Of a stretch of DNA of 64,000 nt, positions 51,147 through 62,707 are shown piece by piece. The notes beneath the pieces were generated by a model. The model was not told the DNA's origin. It worked only from the letters and a program-made list of their open reading frames with translations, and searched no databases. Within the stretch, counting starts at the first letter, position 1, and each line of letters opens with the position of its first letter. The position numbers and the translations under genes are program-made. Location of the stretch: NCBI RefSeq assembly GCF_020567425.1, contig NZ_JAJCVJ010000002.1, positions 535,068 through 599,067 of the forward strand, written 5' to 3'. The DNA comes from Salinirubrum litoreum (GTDB lineage: Archaea > Halobacteriota > Halobacteria > Halobacteriales > Haloferacaceae).

Positions 51147-51770
51147 GTGCAGGACCTCTCACACCCGATCCGGACCGGGATGCCGACCTACCCCGGCGAC
51201 CCGGCGGTGTCGCTGACGCCCCACGCGACTCACGAGTCGGACGGCTACCGCGTCACGTCGCTGTCACTCGGGAGCCACACCGGCACGCACGTCGACGCCC
51301 CGGCACACGTCGATCCGGGCGGGAAGACGCTCGCGGACTACCCGGTCGAACGCTTCCGGTTCGACGCGCGACTGGCCGACTGCCGGGGTGTCGGCGCTGG
51401 CGAGGCAGTCGAGGTGGCGGATCTGCGATCTGCGGGACTGGAGACGGACGTGGCGGACCGTGACCTGCTGGTCGTCCGGACTGGCTGGGCCGACCACTGG
51501 GACACCGACGCGTATCTCGACCACCCGTACCTCGCGCCGGGCGCGGCCGCGTGGTGTGCCGAGCGTGTGCTGGCGGTGGCGCTCGACACGCCGAGTCCGG
51601 ACCCCTTCGGCGACGCGGCGTTGCCGGCCCACCACGCGCTGCTGGGTGCGGACTGTCTCGTGATCGAGAACGTGACGAACCTCTCGGGGCTGCCGGCGCG
51701 CTTCGCGGTTCGGGCGCTGCCGGTGCTGGGTGTGGACGGCTCGCCGGTTCGGGTCGTCGCCGAGTGGTGA
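51147..51770 (+). CDS. putative cyclase family protein (kynurenine-formamidase-like)
   Basis: HxGTHxDxPxH motif (HTGTHVDAPAH); GTG start. Confidence 0.65.
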   Translation: MQDLSHPIRTGMPTYPGDPAVSLTPHATHESDGYRVTSLSLGSHTGTHVDAPAHVDPGGKTLADYPVERFRFDARLADCRGVGAGEAVEVADLRSAGLETDVADRDLLVVRTGWADHWDTDAYLDHPYLAPGAAAWCAERVLAVALDTPSPDPFGDAALPAHHALLGADCLVIENVTNLSGLPARFAVRALPVLGVDGSPVRVVAEW

Positions 51771-51799
51771 CGGTACGACGGAGGAAATTCGGTGGACTC

Positions 51800-51960
51800 G
51801 ATCGGGGAGCACTCGGCTGCATTGGTTGCGGACGACGAGGGGTGAAAGCCCCCGGCAGTCTCGACCACTGCTCGGTGTCGGTCGCCAGCAGATCGCGTCC
51901 TGTCGGATTCCGGGTGCGGGCAGTGACGGGGTCACTGAGGCCGTTAGGACAACCGCAACA
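51800..51960 (-). repeat. dispersed structured repeat, copy D (partial)
   Basis: GGGGTGAAAGCCCCCGG...CTGCTCGG...GTCGCCAGCAG modules. Confidence 0.5.
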
Positions 51961-51972
51961 CGCGGTGTGTTC

Positions 51973-52620
51973 TCACCACTCCGGTCGCTCGCGCCCCTCC
52001 GCCAGCACCACGCGGTCCAGATACTCGAACACGCCGGCACGCACGTTCGCGCCCACGTCGGCCATCCCGAGCGCCATCACCGCGCCGGCGGTCCCGTCGG
52101 CCGTCATCAGGACGACGCCGGCGACCTGCTCCGGAGCCACGTCCCGGAAGTCGCCCGACTCGATCCCGTCGCGCACGAACCCCGCGACGTCGTCGAGCAC
52201 CCGGCGCTCGTAGCGCGTCAGGCGCTCGGCAAAGGCCTCGTCGTGGGCCGCGTGGGCCAGCAGTTCCATGATCGCCACGTAGGTCCCGCGCTGGAGGTCG
52301 TCCGAGGGGTCGCCCAGAAGTACGTCACAGGCCCGGTAGAGCCGCCGCGCCGGGTCCGGGTCGTCGGCGACCGATTCGAGTCGCCCGAGCGAGTACTCGG
52401 CCGCCCAGTCCAAGAAGACGAGGATCAGTTCCGCCTTCGAGTCACAGTGGTAGAAGAAGAACGCCTCGCTCTTTGCGGACTCGGCGGCGACCTGTTTCGT
52501 CGTCAGGTCCGCGTAGCCGTGTTTCGCCAGCGCCGACCGAACCGAGCGGGCGATCTCCGCGCGTGCCGCGTCCGGGAGGTCGGCGACCCCCTCGTCGGTC
52601 CCCGTGGCGTCGTTCGACAT
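51973..52620 (-). CDS. TetR family transcriptional regulator
   Basis: N-terminal HTH (VRSALAKHGYADLTTKQVAAESAKSEAFFFYHCDSKAEL); start at MSNDAT. Confidence 0.7.
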   Translation of the reverse strand: MSNDATGTDEGVADLPDAARAEIARSVRSALAKHGYADLTTKQVAAESAKSEAFFFYHCDSKAELILVFLDWAAEYSLGRLESVADDPDPARRLYRACDVLLGDPSDDLQRGTYVAIMELLAHAAHDEAFAERLTRYERRVLDDVAGFVRDGIESGDFRDVAPEQVAGVVLMTADGTAGAVMALGMADVGANVRAGVFEYLDRVVLAEGRERPEW

Positions 52621-52752
52621 ACCGCCGTCTTGCAGGCCGGCCCGCTTAGGTCTCCCGACCGCGCCGAGGCAGGGTCGACACGGCGGCACCCAGCGACGGC
52701 GACCGGCCGCGAACTGCAACGCTTAACCGCGAGAGCCACACACCACCGAGCG

Positions 52753-53595
52753 ATGACCGACGAGGCGACGGCGTTCGTCCCGGGACACGTCACGGGCTTC
52801 TTCAGCGTCCACCCTGCCGACGACCCCACCGAGGCCGGGTCGCGCGGCGCGGGCCTGACCCTGACCGACGGCGTCGAGGTGACGGTCCGACCGGCCGACG
52901 AGACCGCGGTCTACCTGGACGACACCAGCATCGAGATGCCGCCGGTCGAGCGCGTGTGCTCGGCACTCGGCGTCTCGGCCCGCGTGACCGCCACGACCGA
53001 CCTGCCGGTCGGGTCCGGCTTCGGCGTCTCCGGCGCGATGGCGCTCGGGACCGCGCTGACCGCCAACGCCGTCTTCGACGCGGAACTCTCGGAGAACGAA
53101 CTCGTGACGCTCGCACACGGTGCCGAGGTGCAGTCCGGCACGGGACTCGGCGACGTGGTCGCGCAGGCCCGCGGCGGCCTGCCGATTCGACTCGAACCGG
53201 GGGCCCCGCCGGCGGGGACGCTGGACGGGATTCCGGCCCGGACGCGCGTCGAGTATCTCGCCTTCGGCGAACTCTCGACCGAGACGGTGATCGGCGGCGA
53301 CACCGACGCGCTGTCGCAAGCCGGCACAGAAGCACTCTCCCGGGTCGTCGCCGAACCGACGCTCCCGCAGTTCATGTACGCCTCCCGGCGGTTCGCACGC
53401 GAGGCCGGCCTGCTGACCGAACGCGTCCGGGACACCATCGTCGACGTGAGCGAGGCGGGCGGGGAGGCCTCGATGGCGATGCTCGGCCAGACCGTCTTCG
53501 CGCTGGAAAGCGGTCTCTCCGACGCCGGGTACGACCCCGCAGTGTGTGAGACCCACCACGCCGGCGCGTCGCTGGTCGCGGGCGGACGGGAGTAG
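52753..53595 (+). CDS. pantoate kinase (archaeal GHMP-kinase, CoA biosynthesis)
   Basis: GHMP motif (PVGSGFGVSGA), 280 aa; followed by the PPS gene. Confidence 0.6.
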   Translation: MTDEATAFVPGHVTGFFSVHPADDPTEAGSRGAGLTLTDGVEVTVRPADETAVYLDDTSIEMPPVERVCSALGVSARVTATTDLPVGSGFGVSGAMALGTALTANAVFDAELSENELVTLAHGAEVQSGTGLGDVVAQARGGLPIRLEPGAPPAGTLDGIPARTRVEYLAFGELSTETVIGGDTDALSQAGTEALSRVVAEPTLPQFMYASRRFAREAGLLTERVRDTIVDVSEAGGEASMAMLGQTVFALESGLSDAGYDPAVCETHHAGASLVAGGRE

Positions 53596-53646
53596 ACAGG
53601 CGGCCGATCCGACCGACTTTTCTCCGACGGCCGACCACTGAGCGGT

Positions 53647-54405
53647 ATGACCGAGACGAGCGAGATCGACGTGCCGGCAGACCACCCCCGGTACGAGTCG
53701 CTGCTGACGCGCCACCGGATCGAGGCCGGCGTCGAGCAGGGGATCACCTCGAAACAGGGGCTCATCGCCGAGGGACGCGGCGAGGCGTTCGACTACCTGC
53801 TCGGCGAGGAGACGACCGAGAGCGCGGACGCCGCCGCTCGCGCCGCGGCCGCGCACTTGCTTCTCGCCGACCACCCGGTGTTGTCGGTCAACGGGAACGT
53901 CGCCGCGCTCGTGCCCGGCGAGATCGCCGACCTCGCCGAGGCGGTCGGTGCGGAGGTGGAGGTGAACCTGTTCAACCGGACGGACGAGCGAATGCAGGCC
54001 ATCGCGGACCACCTGCGCGAACACGGCGTCACGGACCCGAAGGGACTCACGGCCGACGGCCGGATTCCGGGCCTCTCTCACGAGCGCGCGAAGGTCGACG
54101 CCGACGGGATCGGCGCGGCGGACGTGGTGGTCGTCCCGCTGGAGGACGGCGACCGCGCCGAAGCGCTGGCCGCGATGGGGAAGACCGAGATCGTCATCGA
54201 CCTGAACCCGCTGTCGCGGTCGGCGCAGTCGGCGGCGGTGCCCATCGTGGACAACATCATCCGGGCGATCCCGAATATCGCGCGGCACGCGCGAGAACTG
54301 CAGGACGTGACCGAGGCAGAACTGCGGGAGATCGTGGCGACGTTCGACGCCGAGGAGGCGCTTCGGGCGGCAGAGGAGGCGATCCGGAGTGGTGACTTGG
54401 AGTAA
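53647..54405 (+). CDS. 4-phosphopantoate--beta-alanine ligase (phosphopantothenate synthetase, archaeal)
   Basis: 252 aa; DUF137/COG1701-like pattern. Confidence 0.6.
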   Translation: MTETSEIDVPADHPRYESLLTRHRIEAGVEQGITSKQGLIAEGRGEAFDYLLGEETTESADAAARAAAAHLLLADHPVLSVNGNVAALVPGEIADLAEAVGAEVEVNLFNRTDERMQAIADHLREHGVTDPKGLTADGRIPGLSHERAKVDADGIGAADVVVVPLEDGDRAEALAAMGKTEIVIDLNPLSRSAQSAAVPIVDNIIRAIPNIARHARELQDVTEAELREIVATFDAEEALRAAEEAIRSGDLE

Positions 54406-54419
54406 GCTGTAGACGGTGT

Positions 54420-55160
54420 TCTGTCGAACGAGTCGGAGACACCCCAGCCGAGTGAGTTGCAGACGACGAGCGGTGCAAGCCCCCGGCGTCTCGACCACCG
54501 TCAGCGGCACGCTCTGACAAGCCTTCGTTCGGTCCTTCACGAAGACGCCCGCGACTTCCTGTCGTTCGAGAGAACGAAGCTCTCTCGTGATGACGAGAGA
54601 CGCCGGCCCCTTTCAGTCCCGCCCGATCTGTGAGAGTGCACACAACTCCCGGTGGACCAGTCGGTCTCAGCGAGAGTTCCTCCCTGCGACCGTCGGCGTG
54701 CCCGAGGCGGCCTCACGCCGCCGAGGTGTGGTGCCCGAGGCGGCCCCACGCCGCCGAGGTGTCGCGCCAGCCCACTCGACTGGTAAATCCGGTGCGAGCA
54801 GGATTCTCAATTCGACGGTCGCGGTGCTGTTGGCGGCCGGCGCGCGCGAGAAATGCGCGCGAGGGAGTGACGCGGGCGGTGCGGAGAGCGTCACGAGGCT
54901 GGGGAGGACCGAGGTGCGGTGCTGTGCAGTGCGGTCGCCGTCTGCAGTGTGCTTGCGGTTCCGCTGGGAGGCGCGCTACGACGAGTAGCGGTACTGTCGC
55001 GGTTGTGGGTGCGGTTCCATGCGCTAGCAACAGTGGCGGTCGCGGTCGAGGATGCAGTCGCGGTGCTGTCGCAGTCTACGGCGTCGTTCTCGTCCCAGTT
55101 TCCGATCCACACTCGGTCGTAACGCGGAACTACAGCACTGACGCTAGAACCCACTCCACA
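54420..55160 (-). repeat. dispersed structured repeat, copy E (long composite form, minus orientation, diverged)
   Basis: Conserved modules at 54465-54640 plus a low-complexity part at 54830-55160 homologous to 60300-60745; contains an internal 2 x 35 bp direct repeat. Confidence 0.6.
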
Positions 55161-55172
55161 CCCATCTTCTCG

Positions 55173-55751
55173 TCACTCGTCGCCGGAGTCATCGAACATC
55201 GCGGTGTTCGTTTCGACGACTTCCTCGGTCTCCTCGGGGTCGACGTCGGTCGCATCGCTCTCACTCGCGTCGACCTCGCTCACCGCCTCCCCGGCCGACT
55301 CGTCCGCCTCGTCTCCCACAGCCTCCTTCCAGTGGATGCGAACCGTGCCGATGGCGAAGGCGTCGTCGGCGCCCGGGTCACGGCGAATCTGAATCGTGTT
55401 CGTGCCCTCGTGGAGCGACGCGCCGGTGAGGCTGTCGACCCAGTACTGCCAGCCGTCGTTCGGCGGGATGTCGAACCCGGAGAGCGTCTCGCCGTTGATC
55501 TCGATCTCGTGGTCGTAACTGCCCACGTCGAACGCCTGGAGGCCGACGAAGGGCTCGTGGGTGTCGTCGGTCGGCACCTCGAACTCGTAGACCGCAGTCT
55601 CGTCACCGACTGGGTCCGCCCAGTCGAGTCCGAGCGACCGGTCCTCGGGTCCGAGCTGTGCCCCGACGTAGACGACAGCGTAGTTCGCGCGAAATCGCAC
55701 ACCTGCCGGTACTCGGGGAAGCAGTATAAGTACGACGACCGACCGCGGCAC
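55173..55751 (-). CDS. hypothetical protein with acidic C-terminus
   Basis: ORF only; start uncertain. Confidence 0.35.
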   Translation of the reverse strand: MPRSVVVLILLPRVPAGVRFRANYAVVYVGAQLGPEDRSLGLDWADPVGDETAVYEFEVPTDDTHEPFVGLQAFDVGSYDHEIEINGETLSGFDIPPNDGWQYWVDSLTGASLHEGTNTIQIRRDPGADDAFAIGTVRIHWKEAVGDEADESAGEAVSEVDASESDATDVDPEETEEVVETNTAMFDDSGDE

Positions 55752-55758
55752 TCGCTGA

Positions 55759-57132
<1,374 letters not shown>

Positions 57133-57274
57133 GTCGGCCGGTCCCGTCGGCCGCATCGACCGTCCGACCGTGCCCCCGCATGCCGGCCGCGTCGACCGTC
57201 CGACGACATCGCCCGTGCCGGCCTCGCCGACCGAGTCGGAGAGCCTTATCAGTCCGCCGCGCGAAGCCGGGAGC

Positions 57275-57880
57275 ATGGAACTGGAGACCAGCGGGCGCTT
57301 CCGGGTGCTGGCGAGCCCTCGCGACCGAACCGAACTCCTGCTCCTCGACCACGAGGAGTTCGACCCGGTGTACGTCGCCACCGAGGGGTACGACGGCGTG
57401 CTGGGCGACGCGGTCGCGGACCTCCGACCGGGCTACCTGATCGACGCGACGCTCCGCTGGTCAGAGGACGGCGACCCACGATTCGCCGACCTCTCGGTCG
57501 AACGCCGGGACGAACTCACCTTCGCCGACGACGTCACCGGTATCTTCGAGGCCGCGAAGGAGACGTGGTACACCGCCGAGGCGGACGGCGAGGGGATGAA
57601 CTCCCGCGTGACCCGCGACACCGACGGGGAACCGAACGGCGTGCTGTACGTCTTCGCCGAGCAACCCGGCGCGCGCGACCTGTTCGAGGAGTTCCGGAGC
57701 GGCGTGCTGCCACTGGAACCGCTCCTCCAGCGCGTCGAGGAGGGCAGAGACGACGACGAGGGTCGGGCCATCTTCGTCCTGCGACCGGCCGACGAACCGT
57801 TTCTCGTCGTCTACATCGTCTTCACGCAGGACGGCCTGCTCGACCGGACGATACGGGACACCTACGACCTACACGACTGA
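57275..57880 (+). CDS. hypothetical protein
   Basis: 201-aa acidic ORF. Confidence 0.4.
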   Translation: MELETSGRFRVLASPRDRTELLLLDHEEFDPVYVATEGYDGVLGDAVADLRPGYLIDATLRWSEDGDPRFADLSVERRDELTFADDVTGIFEAAKETWYTAEADGEGMNSRVTRDTDGEPNGVLYVFAEQPGARDLFEEFRSGVLPLEPLLQRVEEGRDDDEGRAIFVLRPADEPFLVVYIVFTQDGLLDRTIRDTYDLHD

Positions 57881-57919
57881 GGAGTCCCCCGTCGGAACTG
57901 TTGTGTCGTCCACCTCGAC

Positions 57920-58888
57920 TCACAGCCACTCGGCGCTCGGGTCGATCCACCCCTCCGGTCGCTCGCCGCGCAGGGCCTCGGCGACGTACTGGCCCACGTC
58001 ACGGTTCAGTTCGTCGCGCGCCTGCACCGAGTACCAGCCGGCGTGTGGCGTCACGATCACGTCGTCTCTCCCGACGACCGGCGAGTCGTGGGGCGGTTCC
58101 TCGTCTAACACGTCCAGTCCCGCCGCACCGATCTCGCCCGCGTCCAGCGCCTCGGCGAGCGCCGCCTCGTCCACGACACCGCCGCGCCCGGTGTTGACGA
58201 CGACGGCGTGCTCCGGCAGTGCCGCGAAGGTCTCTGCACCGACCATCCCGCGCGTCTCGGGCGTCAGCGGCGCGAGCGAGACGAGGTGGTCGACCTCGTC
58301 GACCATCGCCTCGTAGCTCCGCTTCGTCACGCCGTGGTCGGCCATCGTCTCGGCGTCCACGAAGGGGTCGCTGGCGAGCACGTCGACGTCGAAGCCCGAG
58401 AGCAGTCCGGCGAACCTGCGGGCGATCGGTCCGAAGGAGACGATACCGACCGACGACCCGTGGAGGCGGTGGACCGCTCGGCCGTCCTCCCAACCCCACC
58501 CGCCGCCCGCGACCTGTCGGTCGTAACTGGCGACGCCCCGGAGCGTCGACAACAGGAGCGTCAACGAGTGGGTCGCCACCTCGTCGGTGCAGTAGTCCGG
58601 CACGTGGACGACCGTCACGTCCGCCTCGGCGGCGGCGGCCACGTCGATGTTGTCCACGCCGACGCCGGCCCGCCCGATCACCGACAGCGAGAGGCGTTCG
58701 ATCGCCTCACGCGGGACCGGCGTCGACACGTCGGTCACGACCGCGTCGGCACCCTCGCATGCCGCCACCAGCGCGTCGGTCGAGCGCAGGTCGGCGACGG
58801 AGAGGTCGGTGTCGGTACCGAGCACCGCGCGCAGTCCCTTGGGGTCCAGCATCGGGTCGTCGCTCGCCACGACTTCGAACTCGGGCAT
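57920..58888 (-). CDS. D-2-hydroxyacid / D-3-phosphoglycerate dehydrogenase family protein
   Basis: GRAGVGVDNID and NAD-binding motifs; 322 aa. Confidence 0.75.
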   Translation of the reverse strand: MPEFEVVASDDPMLDPKGLRAVLGTDTDLSVADLRSTDALVAACEGADAVVTDVSTPVPREAIERLSLSVIGRAGVGVDNIDVAAAAEADVTVVHVPDYCTDEVATHSLTLLLSTLRGVASYDRQVAGGGWGWEDGRAVHRLHGSSVGIVSFGPIARRFAGLLSGFDVDVLASDPFVDAETMADHGVTKRSYEAMVDEVDHLVSLAPLTPETRGMVGAETFAALPEHAVVVNTGRGGVVDEAALAEALDAGEIGAAGLDVLDEEPPHDSPVVGRDDVIVTPHAGWYSVQARDELNRDVGQYVAEALRGERPEGWIDPSAEWL

Positions 58889-58993
58889 GAGTAAACATCT
58901 CTGCTGAACCTACTTGAACCTCGTCCCGTAGCGTCGGGGGTGTGGTGTCACCGCGTCCGCCGCCGCCGGAGTCTGCGGCGGTGTGCCGGGCGG

Positions 58994-59431
58994 TCAGTCG
59001 TCCTCGACGGTGACGACCAGCGTGGGTCGGTCCGCGCCGGTGACGACGCGCTCCGTGACGCTCCCGAGGTTCGCCAGGCGCTCCCGGCCGGTGCGCCCGT
59101 GGGTACCCATCACGAGCAGATCGGCGTCGATCTCGTCGGCGAAGCGCAGAATCTCGGTGTCCGGCACGCCGTCGAGGACCGCGGTCTCACACGTGACGCC
59201 GGCCGCGGCGGCGCGGTCGGCGACCGACTCGACGGACTCGGTCGCGTCCCGCTTCAGCGTCTCGGTGATCTCGCCCTGCTGGTCGCTGTCGGCAGAACGG
59301 TAGACGCGGCTGTCGACGACGCTGACCGCCGAGAGGGTCGCGTCGGACTGCTCGGCCAGCCAGAGTGCGTGCTCGGTCGCCGTCTCGCTCGCGTCGCTCC
59401 CGTCGGTCGGCAGGAGTATCCGGTCGTACAT
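58994..59431 (-). CDS. universal stress protein (UspA family)
   Basis: ILLPTDGSD ... LLVMGTHGRTG ... GSVTERVV motifs; start at MYDRI. Confidence 0.75.
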   Translation of the reverse strand: MYDRILLPTDGSDASETATEHALWLAEQSDATLSAVSVVDSRVYRSADSDQQGEITETLKRDATESVESVADRAAAAGVTCETAVLDGVPDTEILRFADEIDADLLVMGTHGRTGRERLANLGSVTERVVTGADRPTLVVTVEDD

Positions 59432-59570
59432 ACACCCCGCTTCGCGGGCGACCGACTTGAAACGGGCTCCCGTCGTCAGTTCGCTGGAATCGGTCGAGGC
59501 GGCTGGATCGCCACGTGTCGTGTGGCACCGTTGCACACAGTTAATATCGCGGGCGTCGTGCCGCCCCGTA

Positions 59571-59791
59571 TGGACAAACTCGCCAGTGCGGCGCTGAACT
59601 TCGCCACGAACTTCCTGCTCGCCTTCGCCGTGGTCGGACTCCTGCGGAACCGGTCTGCGGGCGTGAAGGCCGGCATCGTCTTCGGACTGCTCGGTGCCGT
59701 GGGGACGTGGCTGTTGTACGACCGGTTCGCGGAGTCGGGCGACAAGTCGGAGGTGTCGCTGGACGACCTGGCCGTCGAACCGACTGCGTAA
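59571..59791 (+). CDS. small hypothetical membrane protein
   Basis: 73 aa, two hydrophobic helices. Confidence 0.3.
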
Positions 59792-59799
59792 CTGCTCTT

Positions 59800-60745
59800 A
59801 CGGAGTGTGTGTCGGATCGGTCTTCGGCGTCACCTCAGGTGAATCGGTCGGCGACGACGAGCGGTGAACCCCCCGGTCTCTCGACCACCGTCAGCGGCAC
59901 GCTCTGACGACCCTTCGTCACCGGCGCTCCACGCCGGTTGCTGGCGAGAGCTTCGCTCTCGCTCTGTCGTCGGCGCGCGCGCCGGTTTCCAGCGAGACCC
60001 TCGGTCTCGCTCTGCTCACGAGACCGCCGGCCCCTTTCGGTCCCACGCGACTCCGTGTCCCATCACGTCGCGTGGGTCGTCACCCAGCCAGTCGTCTGTC
60101 CGTCTGGAACCCGGCAGTCGCAGTCCTCCGCCACCCCTCCCCGACTGCTGGCGACCAGGCTGTGGGCAGGTCACTCGCCGTCGCTCGAACACGACTCGGT
60201 TCCGGTCGCCACCAGATCGCATCCTCTCGGGGTCCGGGCTGTCGTCGAAGTGACCGGGTGACGATGCTGACGCCTGCTTCGACCTCGAAACTGGCGCGCG
60301 CGAGCAACGCGTGCGAGGGAGGATCGCGCGTTCAGGCGTGATCCTCGTGAGCAGAGCGAACGAGGGCTAGCGAGAGCGGGCCTCTCGCCATGTCCGAGGT
60401 TGGGGAGGACCGGGGTGTGGTCGCGGTGCGGGTGCGGTCGGTGTGCGGGCGCTGTCGCGGTGCGGGTGCGGTCGCGGCGCGGGTGCGGTCGGTGTGCGGG
60501 TGCGGTCGCGGTGCGGGTGCGGTCGCGGTGCAGGTGCGGTTCCCTGCGCTAGCACGAGTAGCGGTGCTAATGCTGTGGCGGTCGTGGATGCAGTAGTCGT
60601 CGTAGTCACAGTCCCAGTAGTCGTCGTAGTCACAGTCCCAGTAGTCGTCGTGGTCACAGTCCCAGTAGTTATCGCAGTCGCGGTCTGCGATGCGATCTGC
60701 TCACAGTTTCCGATACCCACCATCCACGAACCTAGCATCGACACA
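59800..60745 (-). repeat. dispersed structured repeat, copy G (long composite form, minus orientation)
   Basis: Revcomp aligns over about 560 bp with copy C including the central hairpins; low-complexity GC-rich part at 60300-60745. Confidence 0.7.
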
Positions 60746-60802
60746 GATCACGTACCGAGCGTATTCGACAAGACTCAACACGCCGACCCACCCACATCGG
60801 CC

Positions 60803-61399
60803 ATGCGCCAGTTCATCGTCTCGGGCCACGACGTGCCCACGACGCCCGACTTCTCGCTCGACGACCTCGCGGGCGGTGCCGGCCGCCTCGACGTGCTCTG
60901 CCGGTGTGTCAACTCCGCGTTCTTCCTCTCGCACGCGATCCGCGAGGACGTGAAAGTCCACCTCGTCCTCGCCGACGAGTTCACCGTCACCTTCGACGGG
61001 AGCGAGATCCGGCGACTCAACCCCGACGAACGGTCCACGGCGGCGCTGGTCCGCACCGCACTGGAGCACCGCGAGGACGCCATCGGCCACATGCCCGCCG
61101 AGTCGACACCCGGCGTCTCGATCCGGCGGATGGGCTTCGAGGCGACGCTGGAGCGTGTGGCCGAGAACGCGACGGTCGTCGAACTGCACGAGGACGGCGA
61201 CCCAGTCGTGGACGTTGAGCCGCCGCAGAATCCGGTGTTCGTGCTCTCGGACCACCACGACTTCACCGACCGGGAAGCGGAGTTGTTGGCAGAGACGGCG
61301 GATCGGCGGGTGCGACTCGGTCCCGAACTGCTCCACGCCGACCACGCGATCACGGTCGCGCACAACTACCTCGACACGCAGGGGTTCACGACCTACTGA
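60803..61399 (+). CDS. trmY: tRNA (pseudouridine54-N1)-methyltransferase (TrmY, DUF358/SPOUT)
   Basis: About 199 aa; [18 protein letters not shown] motif typical of archaeal TrmY. Confidence 0.6.
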   Translation: MRQFIVSGHDVPTTPDFSLDDLAGGAGRLDVLCRCVNSAFFLSHAIREDVKVHLVLADEFTVTFDGSEIRRLNPDERSTAALVRTALEHREDAIGHMPAESTPGVSIRRMGFEATLERVAENATVVELHEDGDPVVDVEPPQNPVFVLSDHHDFTDREAELLAETADRRVRLGPELLHADHAITVAHNYLDTQGFTTY

Positions 61400-61527
61400 G
61401 TCCGAGACGTGTCGAAGCCGAACCGGCGTGTGTCGGGCCGGAGAGTGCCGGACGGAACCCTCGTGACGGGCGCAGTCTCTCCAGTTTCGGAACCCTTAAA
61501 CACGAACCGGGCGTCAGTTGTGGATGC

Positions 61528-61600
61528 GGGCCGGTGGGGTAGCTTGGTATCCTTCGGCCTTCGGGTGGCCGTAACCGCAGTTCGAATCTGCGCCGGCCCA
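61528..61600 (+). tRNA. tRNA-Pro (anticodon CGG)
   Basis: Acceptor GGGCCGG/CCGGCCC, anticodon stem CGGCC/GGCCG with loop TTCGGGT, T-arm CGCAG-TTCGAAT-CTGCG. Confidence 0.85.
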
Positions 61601-61640
61601 CTTCTCCCGCATTCTACGGACGACACCGACAGCTCGCTCG

Positions 61641-61823
61641 TCAGATCGACGCCGACAGTTTCGTCCCGACCAGCGACCCGACCACCAATCCACCGAAGCC
61701 CCAGAGCACGCCGGGACCGAGGTCGATGCCAGCGCCCCCGAACAAGACCCGAAATAGCCCGCCGGTAAACAGCCCGAACACGCTACAGGCGACGGTAAAC
61801 ACGTCTCTGTCGTCGATATTCAT
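61641..61823 (-). CDS. small hypothetical membrane protein
   Basis: 60 aa, Gly-rich hydrophobic segment. Confidence 0.3.
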   Translation of the reverse strand: MNIDDRDVFTVACSVFGLFTGGLFRVLFGGAGIDLGPGVLWGFGGLVVGSLVGTKLSASI

Positions 61824-61949
61824 CTCGATTTCCTGACTTGACCGAGTACGGCAGACGACATCACGCTATCGCTCGTCGGCAGTTACCAACTCCATGAGCG
61901 ACCACACAGCAGTGAAACGCTTATCAGGCGGACCGTCGAACCAGAGCGT

Positions 61950-62609
61950 ATGAGCTACGATACCGTCGTCTTCGACAACGACGGTGTCCTCGTCGGTCGA
62001 ACCAGTTTCGACGTGCTCGAAACCGCGACGGCGGAGACGTTCGCGCAGTTCGGCGTAGACGACCCCGACCCCGACCACGTAGAGGACATGACAATCGGCG
62101 CACAGCCAGACTCGGTCGCCCGCGTCTGTGACACCTACGACCTCGACCCGGCCACCTTCTGGCGCGCCCGCGACCGCACGGTCTCGGGTGCCCAGCAGGA
62201 GGAGGCCCGCGCGGGCCGCAAGACGCCCTACGACGACATCGACACGCTGGCCGACCTCGACGCGAAACAGGGCATCGTCAGTTCGAACCAGCAGGAGACC
62301 GTCGACTTCCTCCTGCAACACTTCGGCCTGACGAACCTGTTCGACACCGCCTACGGCCGCGCGGAGACGATCCAGAGTCTCGACCTGCGGAAGCCGAACC
62401 CCCACTACATCGAGCGCGCGCTCTCGGATCTCGACGCCGACTCCGCGCTGTTCGTCGGCGACAACGAGTCGGACATCCGGGCCGCGCACAACGCCGGCAT
62501 CGACTCGGCGTTCATCCGCCGACCGCACCGCCGCGACTGGGACCTGAACGTCTGGCCGACCTGGGACATCGACTCGCTGGACGCGCTCCACGACATCTGT
62601 TCCGGCTGA
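61950..62609 (+). CDS. HAD superfamily hydrolase
   Basis: N-terminal DxD motif (VVFDNDGVL) and C-terminal GDNESD. Confidence 0.7.
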   Translation: MSYDTVVFDNDGVLVGRTSFDVLETATAETFAQFGVDDPDPDHVEDMTIGAQPDSVARVCDTYDLDPATFWRARDRTVSGAQQEEARAGRKTPYDDIDTLADLDAKQGIVSSNQQETVDFLLQHFGLTNLFDTAYGRAETIQSLDLRKPNPHYIERALSDLDADSALFVGDNESDIRAAHNAGIDSAFIRRPHRRDWDLNVWPTWDIDSLDALHDICSG

Positions 62610-62707
62610 GACGAGGGCGCGACTCGCCGTGTCGTCGCCAGCAGAGCGCCGCCAGCCACTGCGTCGACTCCACAACCGTTACCCTCGCCCGGCCCGACCA
62701 CTCCACA

